Shown here: piece by piece, positions 1 through 8,865 of the stretch
Numbering within the stretch: the stretch's first letter is position 1
Layout of the letters: every line of letters begins with the position of its first letter
Assembly: GCA_937996795.1 (NCBI GenBank)
Contig: CALKUH010000012.1
Location: 84,144-116,143 of the forward strand
Reading direction: 5' to 3'
DNA length: 32,000 nt
Origin: an uncultured Verrucomicrobiota bacterium
Lineage (GTDB): Bacteria; Verrucomicrobiota; Kiritimatiellia; CAIVKH01
Notes under the pieces: generated by a model
The model's input: only the letters and a program-made list of their open reading frames with translations
Database searches by the model: none
What the model was told of the DNA's origin: nothing
Made by a program: the position numbers and the translations under genes

Positions 1-1010
1 TATTCGCGCCTCAACGCGCGCGCGCCGCGCACCACCTCGCGGGCGCTCGTCCAGTAGTTGACGGGCGGGTGCAGCCGGTTGCGCGCGGAGCTGGCCCACG
101 CGTTGATGGGCTGCGCGGATTTTTCATCCCAGAGCCAGATGTCGCGCGGCGGCGGATAATCCGGCGCACGGGCGGGATCAGCGCGCAGGCGCGCCTCGCG
201 GATCGGATGCCGGTAGCGCCGGCTCCAATCGTGGAACGCATACCGGGCGCGATGAAAGGCCAGCGCCCGCTTGAATCCGTCGGGCGGCGGCTCACTGAAA
301 TAGATTTCCACGAAGACGCGCAGCAGGTCGGTCGGCAACCAGAGGCGGGAGAGATCGCGGGCGCGCCACTTCAGCGGCACGGGCCCGTTCGGGAAGAGCC
401 GGGCGCGGTTGAGGTCCACGAAACTGACGTCGCGCCACTCGCCCGCGCGCACGCGGCGCAGCAGGATGTTCTGGTTGCCGAGATCGCCGTGGAACACACC
501 GGCGGAATGCATGGCGCGGATCGCGGGCGCCACCACCTCCAGCAGCGCGATGACCCGTCCCGCATCGGGGTCCTGGCGGAACAGGTGGCGCAGTTCGTCG
601 CGCAGCGAGGACACGCCCTCGATGCGGCGCGTGATGAAATGGCTTTCCACGCAGCGCTCGTGATCCCAACGCTCCAGCCACGCCACGGGTTCCGGCGTGC
701 CGACCCCGCGGGACTGGAGTTTGAGCGCCGCACGCCACGCACGCTGGGCCGCGGTGCCCCATCGGCGGTCCGCCCACGGCTTGAGCCGGCCCTCCGCGGG
801 CGGATGAGATTTCACCACCAGCGGCAGCACGCCGCCGCGCCACGGCGCATCAAGCGCGCGCAACCGTGTCCCGCCCTGCCCCGGCGTCGCATCCGCCGCG
901 GCGTGTTCGCGCAGCCGCGCGAGCCAGGCCAGCAGATCGGCCTCCTCGAACGCGGGCGCGATCGCGCCTCGGTAGTCGCCGCAAACCGGGGTGGAGGAAG
1001 GAAGGCCCAT
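1..1010 (-). CDS. Lipopolysaccharide kinase (Kdo/WaaP/InaA family), C-terminal end cut by window edge
   Basis: Absent from the ORF track because it has no in-window stop. Manual minus-strand translation from ATG (1010..1008) gives 336 uninterrupted codons: MGLPSSTPVCGDYRG...LPLVVKSHPPAEGRLKPWADRRWGTAAQRAWRAALKLQSRGVGTPEPVAW...MHSAGVFHGDLGNQNILL...VSFVDLNRA. HGDLxxxNIL is the catalytic loop of the LPS-kinase fold. The + strand ORF 69..1127 is an Arg/Ala/Gly/Pro-rich antisense shadow. Confidence 0.8.
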   Translation of the reverse strand, partial: MGLPSSTPVCGDYRGAIAPAFEEADLLAWLARLREHAAADATPGQGGTRLRALDAPWRGGVLPLVVKSHPPAEGRLKPWADRRWGTAAQRAWRAALKLQSRGVGTPEPVAWLERWDHERCVESHFITRRIEGVSSLRDELRHLFRQDPDAGRVIALLEVVAPAIRAMHSAGVFHGDLGNQNILLRRVRAGEWRDVSFVDLNRARLFPNGPVPLKWRARDLSRLWLPTDLLRVFVEIYFSEPPPDGFKRALAFHRARYAFHDWSRRYRHPIREARLRADPARAPDYPPPRDIWLWDEKSAQPINAWASSARNRLHPPVNYWTSAREVVRGARALRRE

Positions 1011-1032
1011 GGTGCTCACGAAGGCGCGCGGG

Positions 1033-1815
1033 TCACGCGGACGGCGGCTTGTTCCGCTGGCTGTATTCGAGTTCCCACAATTTCGCGTATTTCATGCAGA
1101 CGCCAAACGCGCTCACGAGCGCAATGAGGAACCCGCGCCGGCCGTCGAGAAAACCCCCGCGCATCACGAACGCCTTGAAGAAGCGGAACGGCGGGCGGAG
1201 CAGGAAATCGGACCAGCGGAAGCGCGATTTCGCGCGGAATTTCTCCTGCGCCGTGATGCTGGAAAAGCGATTCATCGTCTCCAGGTGGTCGTGCAGGCCG
1301 TCATAGGTGTAGTGGTACAACTGGCCGCTCAGTCGCTTCACATCGCCATTCACGAACACCTGGTCGTGCGGTTCCTGCCCGCCGCTGCGGCCGCGGTCCT
1401 TGCGGAACAGGCGGAGCTTGATGTCCGGATACCACTCGCCGTGGCGGATCCAACGCCCGATGTAGTTCACCATGCGCGGAAATTCATAGCCGGCGATGGC
1501 GCCGTCGTTCGCCGCCAGCTCGCGCTGGATTTCCTCGCGCAGCTCGGGCGACACCTCCTCGTCGGCGTCAACGAAGAGGATCCAGTCGTGGCTGGCCATT
1601 TTGCGGATGAGATTCTTCTGGCCGATGTAGCCGAGCCACTCGTGCTGGTACACGCGGTCGGTGAACTCCTTGCACAGTTCGATGGTGCGGTCGGTGCTGA
1701 AGCTGTCGACGACCACGATCTCGTCGCACCAGCTCAGGCTGCCGAGACAGCGCCGGATGTTGTGCTCCTCGTTGAAGGTCGTGACGCAGGCGGACACTTT
1801 GGGACGTTCGTTCAT
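1033..1815 (-). CDS. Family 2 glycosyltransferase (LPS core type, WaaE/KdtX-like)
   Basis: 260-aa ORF. It has the GT-A N-terminus VSACVTTFNEEHNIRRCLGSLSWCDEIVVVDSFSTDRT and a DxD-type FVDADEEV. Its start codon (1815..1813) abuts the stop (1818..1816) of the upstream GT9 gene. Confidence 0.85.
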   Translation of the reverse strand: MNERPKVSACVTTFNEEHNIRRCLGSLSWCDEIVVVDSFSTDRTIELCKEFTDRVYQHEWLGYIGQKNLIRKMASHDWILFVDADEEVSPELREEIQRELAANDGAIAGYEFPRMVNYIGRWIRHGEWYPDIKLRLFRKDRGRSGGQEPHDQVFVNGDVKRLSGQLYHYTYDGLHDHLETMNRFSSITAQEKFRAKSRFRWSDFLLRPPFRFFKAFVMRGGFLDGRRGFLIALVSAFGVCMKYAKLWELEYSQRNKPPSA

Positions 1816-2841
1816 TCAGGGCATCTCACCGCGGTGCAGGAGGCTGCGCAGCTCTCCGTATATCCGCTCCGGGGAAAGCGCGGCCAGTCTTTTCTCCGCC
1901 GCCGCATCGTCGCGGGCGATGGCGCGGGCGCGGGGTCCGTCGTCCTGGACCACGCGGGCACGCGGACCGAGCGGCCCGGTGACGGACGGATCGGTTGCGC
2001 CGAAGACGGCGACCACCGGGCGCCCGAGCGCGGCCGCGAGGTGCATGCCGCCGCTGTCGTTGCACACCACGGCGTCGCACGCGGCCAGCGCGGCGGCCCA
2101 CTCGGCCAGCGCGGTGCGCCCGGCCAGATTGAGCCCCTCCCCGACTCCGCGCAGGATCTCTTCAGCGAGCGGGATGTCGCCCGGTGCGCCCATCGCCACC
2201 ACACCGCCTCCGGTCTCCGCGTGCCAGCGCGCGGCGACAGCGGCGAAATGTGGCGCGGGCCAGCGTTTGGCCGGACCGCGCGCGGCGCCCGGCATCACGC
2301 CGAGCAGCGGCCGGGGCAGGGACGCCAGCACGGCGGTCTGCGCGGCGGCGACCTCCGCCGGCACCGCGAGCAACGGGTGTTCGACCGCGCCCGCGGGGCG
2401 CGGCACATCGAGCAGATCGAAATACTCCAGCGCCTGGTGCGCACGGTTCACGGGCGCGGGCTTCACGCGGGTCAGCAGCGCGCGGCGCCAATGACCGGGG
2501 CGCCCCACCCGCTCCGGCACGCGCGCGAGAAAAGGCGGCAGCGCGGAGCGAAACGAATTTGGAAACATCACCGCGCGGTCCGGCGCGATCGCGCGGATCG
2601 CGCGGGCGGCGGCGCGCAAGGCGGCAAACGGTTCGGTGTACACCTGCACGGCGTCCGGCGCGGCGTGCATCCGCCACAGCGGCGCGAGCCCCGGGCGCAC
2701 CAGCAGGGTCAGGCGCGCGGAGGGATGGGCGCGGCGCCACGCCTGCAGGGCCGGCATGCTCATGATGGCATCGCCGATCCAGTTGACGCCGACGACCAGC
2801 CAGTGGCCGTTATTTGAAGCAGATGCGGTTGATCCAGGCAC
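1816..2841 (-). CDS. Family 9 glycosyltransferase (ADP-heptose:LPS heptosyltransferase, RfaF/WaaC-like)
   Basis: 341-aa ORF. It has the N-terminal WLVVGVNWIGDAIMSMPAL motif and the C-terminal NDSGGMHLAAALGRPVVAVFGATDP motif typical of GT9 heptosyltransferases. The annotated start overlaps the lpxK 3' end by 32 nt, so the start is uncertain. Confidence 0.85.
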   Translation of the reverse strand: MPGSTASASNNGHWLVVGVNWIGDAIMSMPALQAWRRAHPSARLTLLVRPGLAPLWRMHAAPDAVQVYTEPFAALRAAARAIRAIAPDRAVMFPNSFRSALPPFLARVPERVGRPGHWRRALLTRVKPAPVNRAHQALEYFDLLDVPRPAGAVEHPLLAVPAEVAAAQTAVLASLPRPLLGVMPGAARGPAKRWPAPHFAAVAARWHAETGGGVVAMGAPGDIPLAEEILRGVGEGLNLAGRTALAEWAAALAACDAVVCNDSGGMHLAAALGRPVVAVFGATDPSVTGPLGPRARVVQDDGPRARAIARDDAAAEKRLAALSPERIYGELRSLLHRGEMP

Positions 2842-4033
2842 GGAATTCCTCGGCCCCGGTCAGCATTTCGATTTCGACGCGCAGGAAAAACATCGGCAGG
2901 TCGCGGCGCTCCAGCATCGGGAACCGCACCGCGTCCTTCTCCGTGGTGACGACGATCTTCGCCCCGCGCTGCAGGCCCTTGTTGATCACGTCGATGATCT
3001 CCTGCTGCGTGTAGCGGTGGTGGTCCGCGAAGCGCTTGTGATACAGCACGCGCGCGCCCAGGCGGATGAGTTCGTCCTCGAACCCCTTGGGCGACGCGAT
3101 GCCCGACACGGCGGCGACGGGCAGGTCTTTGATGTAGTCGAGCGGCACGCGTTCCTTCGTGAAGATGTCCTGCAGGTATTTCGCCTGGTGGCGGCATTCG
3201 GAAATTTCCGCGTCCGGGTTGTGCTGGCGCAGGATCGGGACCAGCTCGGGCGCGCCGTCGCCGTTGGATTTCGTGATGAAGATGAACCCGGCGCGTTTCA
3301 GGTTGCGCACCGGTTCGCGCAGGATGCCGCGCGGCAGGAGGCGCCGGTTGCCGAAGGGATTCGTGCGATCCACCAGCACGATGTCCAGCCGGTGCTTCAG
3401 GTGCAGGTACTGGAAGCCGTCGTCGAGGATCAGCGTGTCGCACCCGAGCTGCTGCACGGCGTATTTGCCGGCCTTCACGCGGTCCGCGTCCACGATCACC
3501 GCGACATCGGGCAGGTTCTGCGCCAGCATGAACGGCTCGTCGCCGGACAGGGCCGAGTCGAGCAGCAGGTGTTTGCCGTCGGACACCACGCGGGGGGGCG
3601 AGTCCGTGTAGCTGAACGTCAGGCGTTTCCAGAGGCGCTGCAGGAAGGGGTCCTCCTCCTTGCGGTAGCCGCGGCTCAGGATCGCGACCTTTCGCCCGCT
3701 CTGCTGCAGCGTGCGGGCGAAGACCTCCACGATCGGCGTCTTGCCGGTGCCGCCCACGGTGAGGTTGCCGATGCTGATGACCTGGCTGCCCAGCGCGTGC
3801 GGGCGGAAGATGCCCACGCGGTAGAGCCAGAGGCGGAACTGGACGAGCGTGCGGAAGATCAACGAGAGGACGTGCAGGAAGACGCGCATTGCCGTCGCGC
3901 CCCTGCCCTGCAGGCGATCCTCAATAACGCCGAGGATGTACGCCTCGGACCGTTCCAAAAAGTTGCGAAATGACATGCCGTGCCGTCCGCCTGCCGCGCC
4001 ATTTGACACGTTCAGGACGGGCGATGCTGCCAT
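2810..4033 (-). CDS. lpxK: Tetraacyldisaccharide 4'-kinase (lipid A biosynthesis)
   Basis: 407-aa ORF with the diagnostic P-loop SIGNLTVGGTGKTP, plus ILSRGY and VVTTEKDAVRF. The true start could be the internal MSFRNFLE Met about 19 codons downstream. Confidence 0.9.
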   Translation of the reverse strand: MAASPVLNVSNGAAGGRHGMSFRNFLERSEAYILGVIEDRLQGRGATAMRVFLHVLSLIFRTLVQFRLWLYRVGIFRPHALGSQVISIGNLTVGGTGKTPIVEVFARTLQQSGRKVAILSRGYRKEEDPFLQRLWKRLTFSYTDSPPRVVSDGKHLLLDSALSGDEPFMLAQNLPDVAVIVDADRVKAGKYAVQQLGCDTLILDDGFQYLHLKHRLDIVLVDRTNPFGNRRLLPRGILREPVRNLKRAGFIFITKSNGDGAPELVPILRQHNPDAEISECRHQAKYLQDIFTKERVPLDYIKDLPVAAVSGIASPKGFEDELIRLGARVLYHKRFADHHRYTQQEIIDVINKGLQRGAKIVVTTEKDAVRFPMLERRDLPMFFLRVEIEMLTGAEEFRAWINRICFK

Positions 4034-4074
4034 TCCCCGCCGCCGCGCGTCAAGGAACAGGACGGCTGGATTTT

Positions 4075-5991
4075 CTATGAATGGGGAGGGGCGGCGAGGC
4101 GGCTGCGCAGGAACTGGATGTTGAGTTCGATCTGCTCGCTGCCGCCCATCGCGCGGGCCTTCTCGAAGACGTCCAGCGCCTCCGCATCGCGGCCCATGCC
4201 GCGGAGTTGCAGGCCGAGCTCGACCCAGTAGTCCCGGTGATGCGGCGTGAGTTCCACCAGTTGCCGGAAGGTCTCGAGGGCCCGCTCGGATTCGCCGCGC
4301 AGGTTGTGGAGGCGGCCGATGCCGAAGACCACCGCCGTGTCGCGCGGGTTGAGTTCCCGCGCCCGCTGCAACGCCGTCATGGCCTCCTCAATCTGGGCGC
4401 GCTTGGTTTCGCGGTCCAGATTCCAGAAGGCTTGCAGGCTGAGCGCCTCGCCCAATCCGCGATGGGCGGCGTGATGGCCGGGGTGGATGCGGATCGCGCG
4501 GCGATACTGGTCGGCGGCCTCGTCGAGGCGCATCTCCTCGCGCAGGAAATCACCGCGGAGCGCATAGGCGTAGGTCGCCACGGCGCGGCCGGTGAAGAGC
4601 GCGAGCAGGAGCGGCACGAGGACCAGCAGCGCCCCGCGACCGGGCACACGTTCAATCCAGCGCGGCGGCTCCAGGTGCCCGCCCGCATACAGCGACGCGG
4701 CGGTGATGCCGCCCAGCGCCGCGAGCATCTGCACGTTGCCGTACAGGTGGAAGTTGTAGTCGAAACAGGCGTGCACGGCGCAGGTGGCGCACGCGCCGAG
4801 GAAACCGGCGATCAGCAGGGCGCCGCGCTCGCTCTCCCCGCCGCGCAGGATGGCGATCATGCGCACGACCGCATACCCCAGCGCGCCGAGCAGCAGGCCG
4901 GCGCCGAGCAGGCCGAATTCCGCGACGAGGTGCAGGTAATCGTTGTGCGCGAACTGCGGGTTGATGTAGATCGCGAGGTGATGCCAGTAGTGGGGATAGA
5001 CCCACAGGTAGCTGGCGGGGCCGAAGCCGAGCAGCGGACGGTCCGCAATCATCGCCAGCGTGTCGCGCCAGAGGTTGAGGCGCACGTTGCCCTGGAGCGC
5101 ATCCGCGACGCGCTCCTGCATCATCGGCGAAAAGGCCCAGACCGCCGCGCCCAGGCCGGCCAGCAGCAGCGGGGTCACCAGCAGCAGCACTACGGCGCGA
5201 CCGGCGCTGCGCCGCAGCCCGAGCAGCGCAATCGTCGTCGTCACCCCGGCGATGACACCCAGCCACGCGCTGCGCGAGCCCGACAGGTACAGCGGGGGCA
5301 GCATCACCAGCACCGCATAGCCGGACAACAGCCGCAGCGGGAACCCCGCCGCGGGCAGCAGCGCGAGCGCGACCGCCATCGGGATCAGGAGGGCGAGCAG
5401 GTTTGCGAAATGATTGGGGCAGAAATACGCGCCGCTCGCGCGCATGCCATACTGGTCCGGACGCTCCAGATTCAACACCATGCGCGACTCATGCGCGTGC
5501 AGGATGATGGCGTACCACGCCATAAACGTCGCGGTGAGCAGGAGCAACGCGAACAGCCAGCGCCAGCGGCCCTGTTCCCCGGAGAGCCCGACCCATACGA
5601 GGAATGCCGCCACATAGCTCGCGTATTGCGCCATCTCCACCGCCGCATCGTACGGAACGGCGGCGCGCGGAATCATCAGCGCCCCATAGGCGAGGAAGGC
5701 GACCAACCCCGTCATCGCGGGCGGCCAGCGAACGGTCTCGGCCCGCGCAAAGAGAAGCGGCCGCAGCAGATAGAGCGCGGCGCCGATAAATACGAGGAAG
5801 GACAGCGGGCCGACGGACCACAACCGCACGCCGCCAAACAACCAGGGACCGAGGATCGCGCTCACGCCGACGAGGGCAAGCGCGGCCCATTCGTACACGC
5901 TGCGGGAACGCGGCAGGGGGGAACGGCGGCGCGGACGCGAAGCCGTGTCCGGCGCGGGATCAGAAGATGCTGCGGGGAACCCGGATGACAT
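4075..5991 (-). CDS. O-antigen ligase/polymerase-like (Wzy_C domain) polytopic membrane protein with C-terminal TPR domain
   Basis: 638-aa ORF. The first ~450 aa are multi-TM, with the Wzy_C-like stretch LSGSRSAWLGVIAG...FGPASY and HNDYLHLVAEFGLLG. The last ~170 aa are TPR-like (AADQYRRAIRIHPGHHAAHRGLGEAL...ALETFRQLVELTPHHRDYWVELGLQL). The mirror ORF 4081..5988 (+) is an antisense shadow. Confidence 0.8.
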   Translation of the reverse strand: MSSGFPAASSDPAPDTASRPRRRSPLPRSRSVYEWAALALVGVSAILGPWLFGGVRLWSVGPLSFLVFIGAALYLLRPLLFARAETVRWPPAMTGLVAFLAYGALMIPRAAVPYDAAVEMAQYASYVAAFLVWVGLSGEQGRWRWLFALLLLTATFMAWYAIILHAHESRMVLNLERPDQYGMRASGAYFCPNHFANLLALLIPMAVALALLPAAGFPLRLLSGYAVLVMLPPLYLSGSRSAWLGVIAGVTTTIALLGLRRSAGRAVVLLLVTPLLLAGLGAAVWAFSPMMQERVADALQGNVRLNLWRDTLAMIADRPLLGFGPASYLWVYPHYWHHLAIYINPQFAHNDYLHLVAEFGLLGAGLLLGALGYAVVRMIAILRGGESERGALLIAGFLGACATCAVHACFDYNFHLYGNVQMLAALGGITAASLYAGGHLEPPRWIERVPGRGALLVLVPLLLALFTGRAVATYAYALRGDFLREEMRLDEAADQYRRAIRIHPGHHAAHRGLGEALSLQAFWNLDRETKRAQIEEAMTALQRARELNPRDTAVVFGIGRLHNLRGESERALETFRQLVELTPHHRDYWVELGLQLRGMGRDAEALDVFEKARAMGGSEQIELNIQFLRSRLAAPPHS

Positions 5992-6646
5992 CGCCGGACT
6001 CTATCATGACGTCGAGCTTGGGGTCGCGTTCAATGTCGCGCATGTTGATCGTCCGCGCGATCCCCGCGCGGGTCAGCGTCACCCGGCGCGGATCGGCATA
6101 ATCGTTGTAGCCGCCCGCCGCCGCGATGGCCTGCAGGATGGTCATGCCGGTGACCAGCGGATAGCGCTGGGGCGCGCGGACCTCGCCCTGCACGAAAAAG
6201 CTCTGCGACGGCATCACCACGCTCACGGTGACGGACCGGTAGATTTCGCGCTCGATGTACACCTGCTGGATGTGGCGCTCGAGCTCGGAAACCGTCTTGC
6301 CTGACGCCATCACGTCGTCGATGTAGGGAAGCGTGACGTAGCCTTTTTCATCGACGATGTCCTGGACCTCGTCGTCGCGCGGCAGGATGCCCCGCAGGTA
6401 GATCAGGACCGGGTCGCCGGGCCGCAGCCGGTAGGGCGCATGGGAATCGACGGTGCCCACCGCGCGGAGATCGCCCGGACGCACGGCAGGCGGCGGAACG
6501 CTGGTCGGCGAGGCGGCGAGTTGCGGGCGCGGTTTGTTGTCCACCACCAGCCCGCTGCCGCCCCTGGGCTTGGCGCACCCGGACGCCAGCAACGCCGCGG
6601 CGGCGAGGCAGACACCCGTCTTTGCGATCCGTTTCAGTCCGCGCAT
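5960..6646 (-). CDS. Short Wza-type outer-membrane polysaccharide export (OPX) lipoprotein with one Poly_export and one SLBB module
   Basis: The ORF track gives 5960..6763, but its first ~35 codons (MIITTIIIPTIRI...) are the reverse complement of the Wzc Tyr-cluster codons. The likely start is MRGLKRIAKTGVCLAAAALLASGC (ATG at 6646, lipobox LASGC) or MLCRIM at 6661. Motifs are YRLRPGDPVLIYLRG (Poly_export) and FVQGEVRAPQRYPLVTGMTILQAIAAAGG...IESGDVIRVP (SLBB). Confidence 0.8.
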   Translation of the reverse strand: MRGLKRIAKTGVCLAAAALLASGCAKPRGGSGLVVDNKPRPQLAASPTSVPPPAVRPGDLRAVGTVDSHAPYRLRPGDPVLIYLRGILPRDDEVQDIVDEKGYVTLPYIDDVMASGKTVSELERHIQQVYIEREIYRSVTVSVVMPSQSFFVQGEVRAPQRYPLVTGMTILQAIAAAGGYNDYADPRRVTLTRAGIARTINMRDIERDPKLDVMIESGDVIRVPRSIF

Positions 6647-6650
6647 GATT

Positions 6651-8780
6651 CTACAAAGCATCCTTCCCCTGGCCCGTATGAGCGGCCACTTCGGTGGCCG
6701 GCTTCGAGTCGGGTGACTGATCGTAATGCGAATAGTAGGAATGATAATAGTAGTAATTATCATCGCGCAGGATGTTGATGTTGTTCAACACCACGCCCAG
6801 CACCTTCGCGCCGACATTGTCGAGCATCCGGCGCGCGCGGGTGGAGATGTCGCGCGGATACTTGCGGTATTGAACGACCAGCAGCACGCCATCCACCTCG
6901 CTTGCCAGGATCGAGGCGTCGCTGACGCCGACGATGGGGGGCGAGTCGAAGAAGACCACGTCGTAGCGGGCCTTCAGGTTCTTGACCAGTTCGCGCATGC
7001 GCTGCGAGTCGAGCAGGCCCAGCGCCGCGCGGGGCAGTTTGCCGCTCGGCAGGAAATGCAGGTTCGGCACGGAGGTCGCCTTGATCGCCTCCTCCACCGC
7101 GGTCTCGCGCAGCAACACATTGGTGAGGCCGTAGCGGTTTGAAATGCCGAGGAACGTGTGCTGCACCGGGCGTCGCAGGTCGGAATCCACGACCAGCACC
7201 TTGTCGCCGAGCTGGGCGCAGACATAGGCCAGATTGAACAACGTGGTGGATTTTCCCTCGCCCGCGCCGCCGCTGACGACGGCAAACGCGCCGCCCGGCC
7301 CGCCGGTCTTGCGGGCGAACTGCATGTTGGTGCGCAACACGCGATAGGCTTCCGCATGCGGACTGTCAGGCCCCTCCTCCATCAGGGAACGCACCTTCTG
7401 CGGGATGACGCCGAGCACGGGCAGGCCCAGGTGGCGCTCCACGTCGTCCACCGTCTTCACGGACGTGTCGAGGTATTCGATAAAGAACGCGAGGCCGATG
7501 CCGGCCACGAGGCCGATGATGCCGCTGAGCAGGATGTTGAACATGTACCGCGGGCTGACGAAGCGCTCTTCGCTCGGCGGTTCGGCCGGCTCGATGACTT
7601 CCACCGGGGTGCGCGGGACTTCCATTTCGATGCCCTGCTGCGCGACGCGCGCGCGGAGGGCCGTGAGGATTTCGCGTTGGATTTCCACGTTTCGCTGCGC
7701 GCGCTCGAACGGGAGATATTGCTCGCCCTCCGACTGGATGTCGGCGTCCCGCACCGTGGCCAGCTCCGCCTCCAGCGCTTCATACTTCGCCTTCGCGACG
7801 GCAAAATCCGCGCGGATGCCCTTCTTGAGACCGTCCAGCGCGGCCGAGATCTTGACCTTCAATTCATCCAACCCCGCCTGCAACCGGCGGACTTCGGGGT
7901 GGTTCACGCCGAAATTCTCCAGCAGGAGCTTGAGTTGGATCTCGGAATCCACCAGCTGCTTCCGCATCGCCAGCAGGGACTGGTCGTTGACGATGTAGGC
8001 GGAGGAATCGATCAACTCCTGCCCGCTGAGCGCCTCCAGTTCGTCCAGCCGCGCCTTGCGCATCAGCATGTCCACGCGCGCGGCGATACGGTCGGCTTCC
8101 AGCGACTGGAGCCTCACCTTGTCCACCCGGAACCCGCGCTGCAGCATGCTCACGCCGCCCTCGCGGCGGATGCGCTCGAGCTCCTGCTCGGCGGCATCGA
8201 CTTTCTCCTGCTGCTTGCGCAATTCGTTTTCGAGCGCGTCGACGCCGCGCTGCACTTCGCGCCGCTTCAGCGACAGGCGCTGTTCGCGATACACGTTCGC
8301 CACCTCGTTCGCGATGCGCGCCGCCTCGTTGCGGTCTTCGCTATACACCTGGATATCGATCAGGTTGGTGTCGCGAAACTGGCTGACGCGGATCGATTTC
8401 GCCAGGATCAGGTAGGCCAGTTCGCGGCGGAGCACGCCGCCCTCCTGCCCGTACTTTTCCGCCCATTTCTGCTGCAGGTCCAGGTTCTGGATCACCTGGT
8501 AGAGGATGGGGCGCGACTGGATGATTTCGTACTGCGTCTTGAGGAAGAACGGATTGTAGGAGGACAGGTACTGCCGCTCAAACACCGGCACATCCAGCGC
8601 ATCCTCCTTCACGGAGATGCGCGCGTTGGCCATGTACACCTTCGGCATCGTGATGGTGTAGCCGATGCCGGTCAGCACGACGAGGAGCAGGACCGCGAGG
8701 ATGATTTCCTTGCGGGACTTAATGACCCGCCAGTAGTCGAGGAAGTGGAGCTTGTTATCGAGTTGTGGTTCGGCCGACAT
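6651..8780 (-). CDS. Polysaccharide co-polymerase / bacterial tyrosine autokinase (Wzc/GumC-type PCP-2a)
   Basis: 709-aa ORF. It has an N-terminal Wzz domain (LHFLDYWRVIKSRKEIILAVLLLVVL), a long coiled-coil periplasmic region and a second TM. The C-terminal CpsD/CapB ATPase carries Walker A GGAGEGKSTTLFNLA, Walker A' VLVVDSDLRRP and Walker B VVFFDSPP, followed by a terminal Tyr cluster. Confidence 0.9.
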   Translation of the reverse strand: MSAEPQLDNKLHFLDYWRVIKSRKEIILAVLLLVVLTGIGYTITMPKVYMANARISVKEDALDVPVFERQYLSSYNPFFLKTQYEIIQSRPILYQVIQNLDLQQKWAEKYGQEGGVLRRELAYLILAKSIRVSQFRDTNLIDIQVYSEDRNEAARIANEVANVYREQRLSLKRREVQRGVDALENELRKQQEKVDAAEQELERIRREGGVSMLQRGFRVDKVRLQSLEADRIAARVDMLMRKARLDELEALSGQELIDSSAYIVNDQSLLAMRKQLVDSEIQLKLLLENFGVNHPEVRRLQAGLDELKVKISAALDGLKKGIRADFAVAKAKYEALEAELATVRDADIQSEGEQYLPFERAQRNVEIQREILTALRARVAQQGIEMEVPRTPVEVIEPAEPPSEERFVSPRYMFNILLSGIIGLVAGIGLAFFIEYLDTSVKTVDDVERHLGLPVLGVIPQKVRSLMEEGPDSPHAEAYRVLRTNMQFARKTGGPGGAFAVVSGGAGEGKSTTLFNLAYVCAQLGDKVLVVDSDLRRPVQHTFLGISNRYGLTNVLLRETAVEEAIKATSVPNLHFLPSGKLPRAALGLLDSQRMRELVKNLKARYDVVFFDSPPIVGVSDASILASEVDGVLLVVQYRKYPRDISTRARRMLDNVGAKVLGVVLNNINILRDDNYYYYHSYYSHYDQSPDSKPATEVAAHTGQGKDAL
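6723..6758 (-). other. C-terminal tyrosine cluster of the BY-kinase (NYYYYHSYYSHY, 8 Tyr in 12 residues)
   Basis: Read directly: the reverse complement of gtaatgcgaatagtaggaatgataatagtagtaatt gives N Y Y Y Y H S Y Y S H Y. This is a local AT-rich patch in a GC-rich gene. Confidence 0.85.
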
Positions 8781-8865
8781 GCGTCACCCGGCGCCTTCGG
8801 GACGAAAGCAAAACCGGGCCCGTCCGACGTGGAGCGGACCCGGATGCTGTTCGTCCTGTTGGAAA

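Noticed and set aside
69-1127. 352-aa + strand ORF covering the left end of the window
   Set aside because: It is an Arg/Ala/Gly/Pro-rich shadow. The minus-strand frame gives a clean LPS-kinase sequence with the HGDLGNQNIL catalytic loop.
991-3973. Long + strand ORFs 991..2817 (608 aa) and 2636..3973 (445 aa)
   Set aside because: They are antisense to the GT2, GT9 and lpxK genes, which carry unambiguous family motifs. The shadow ORFs have no motifs and a skewed composition.
2810-5991. Two identical-length 32-nt gene overlaps (2810-2841 lpxK/GT9 and 5960-5991 OPX/ligase-like)
   Set aside because: This is most likely coincidence or over-extended start codons of the downstream genes. No slippery or frameshift-type sequence was seen.
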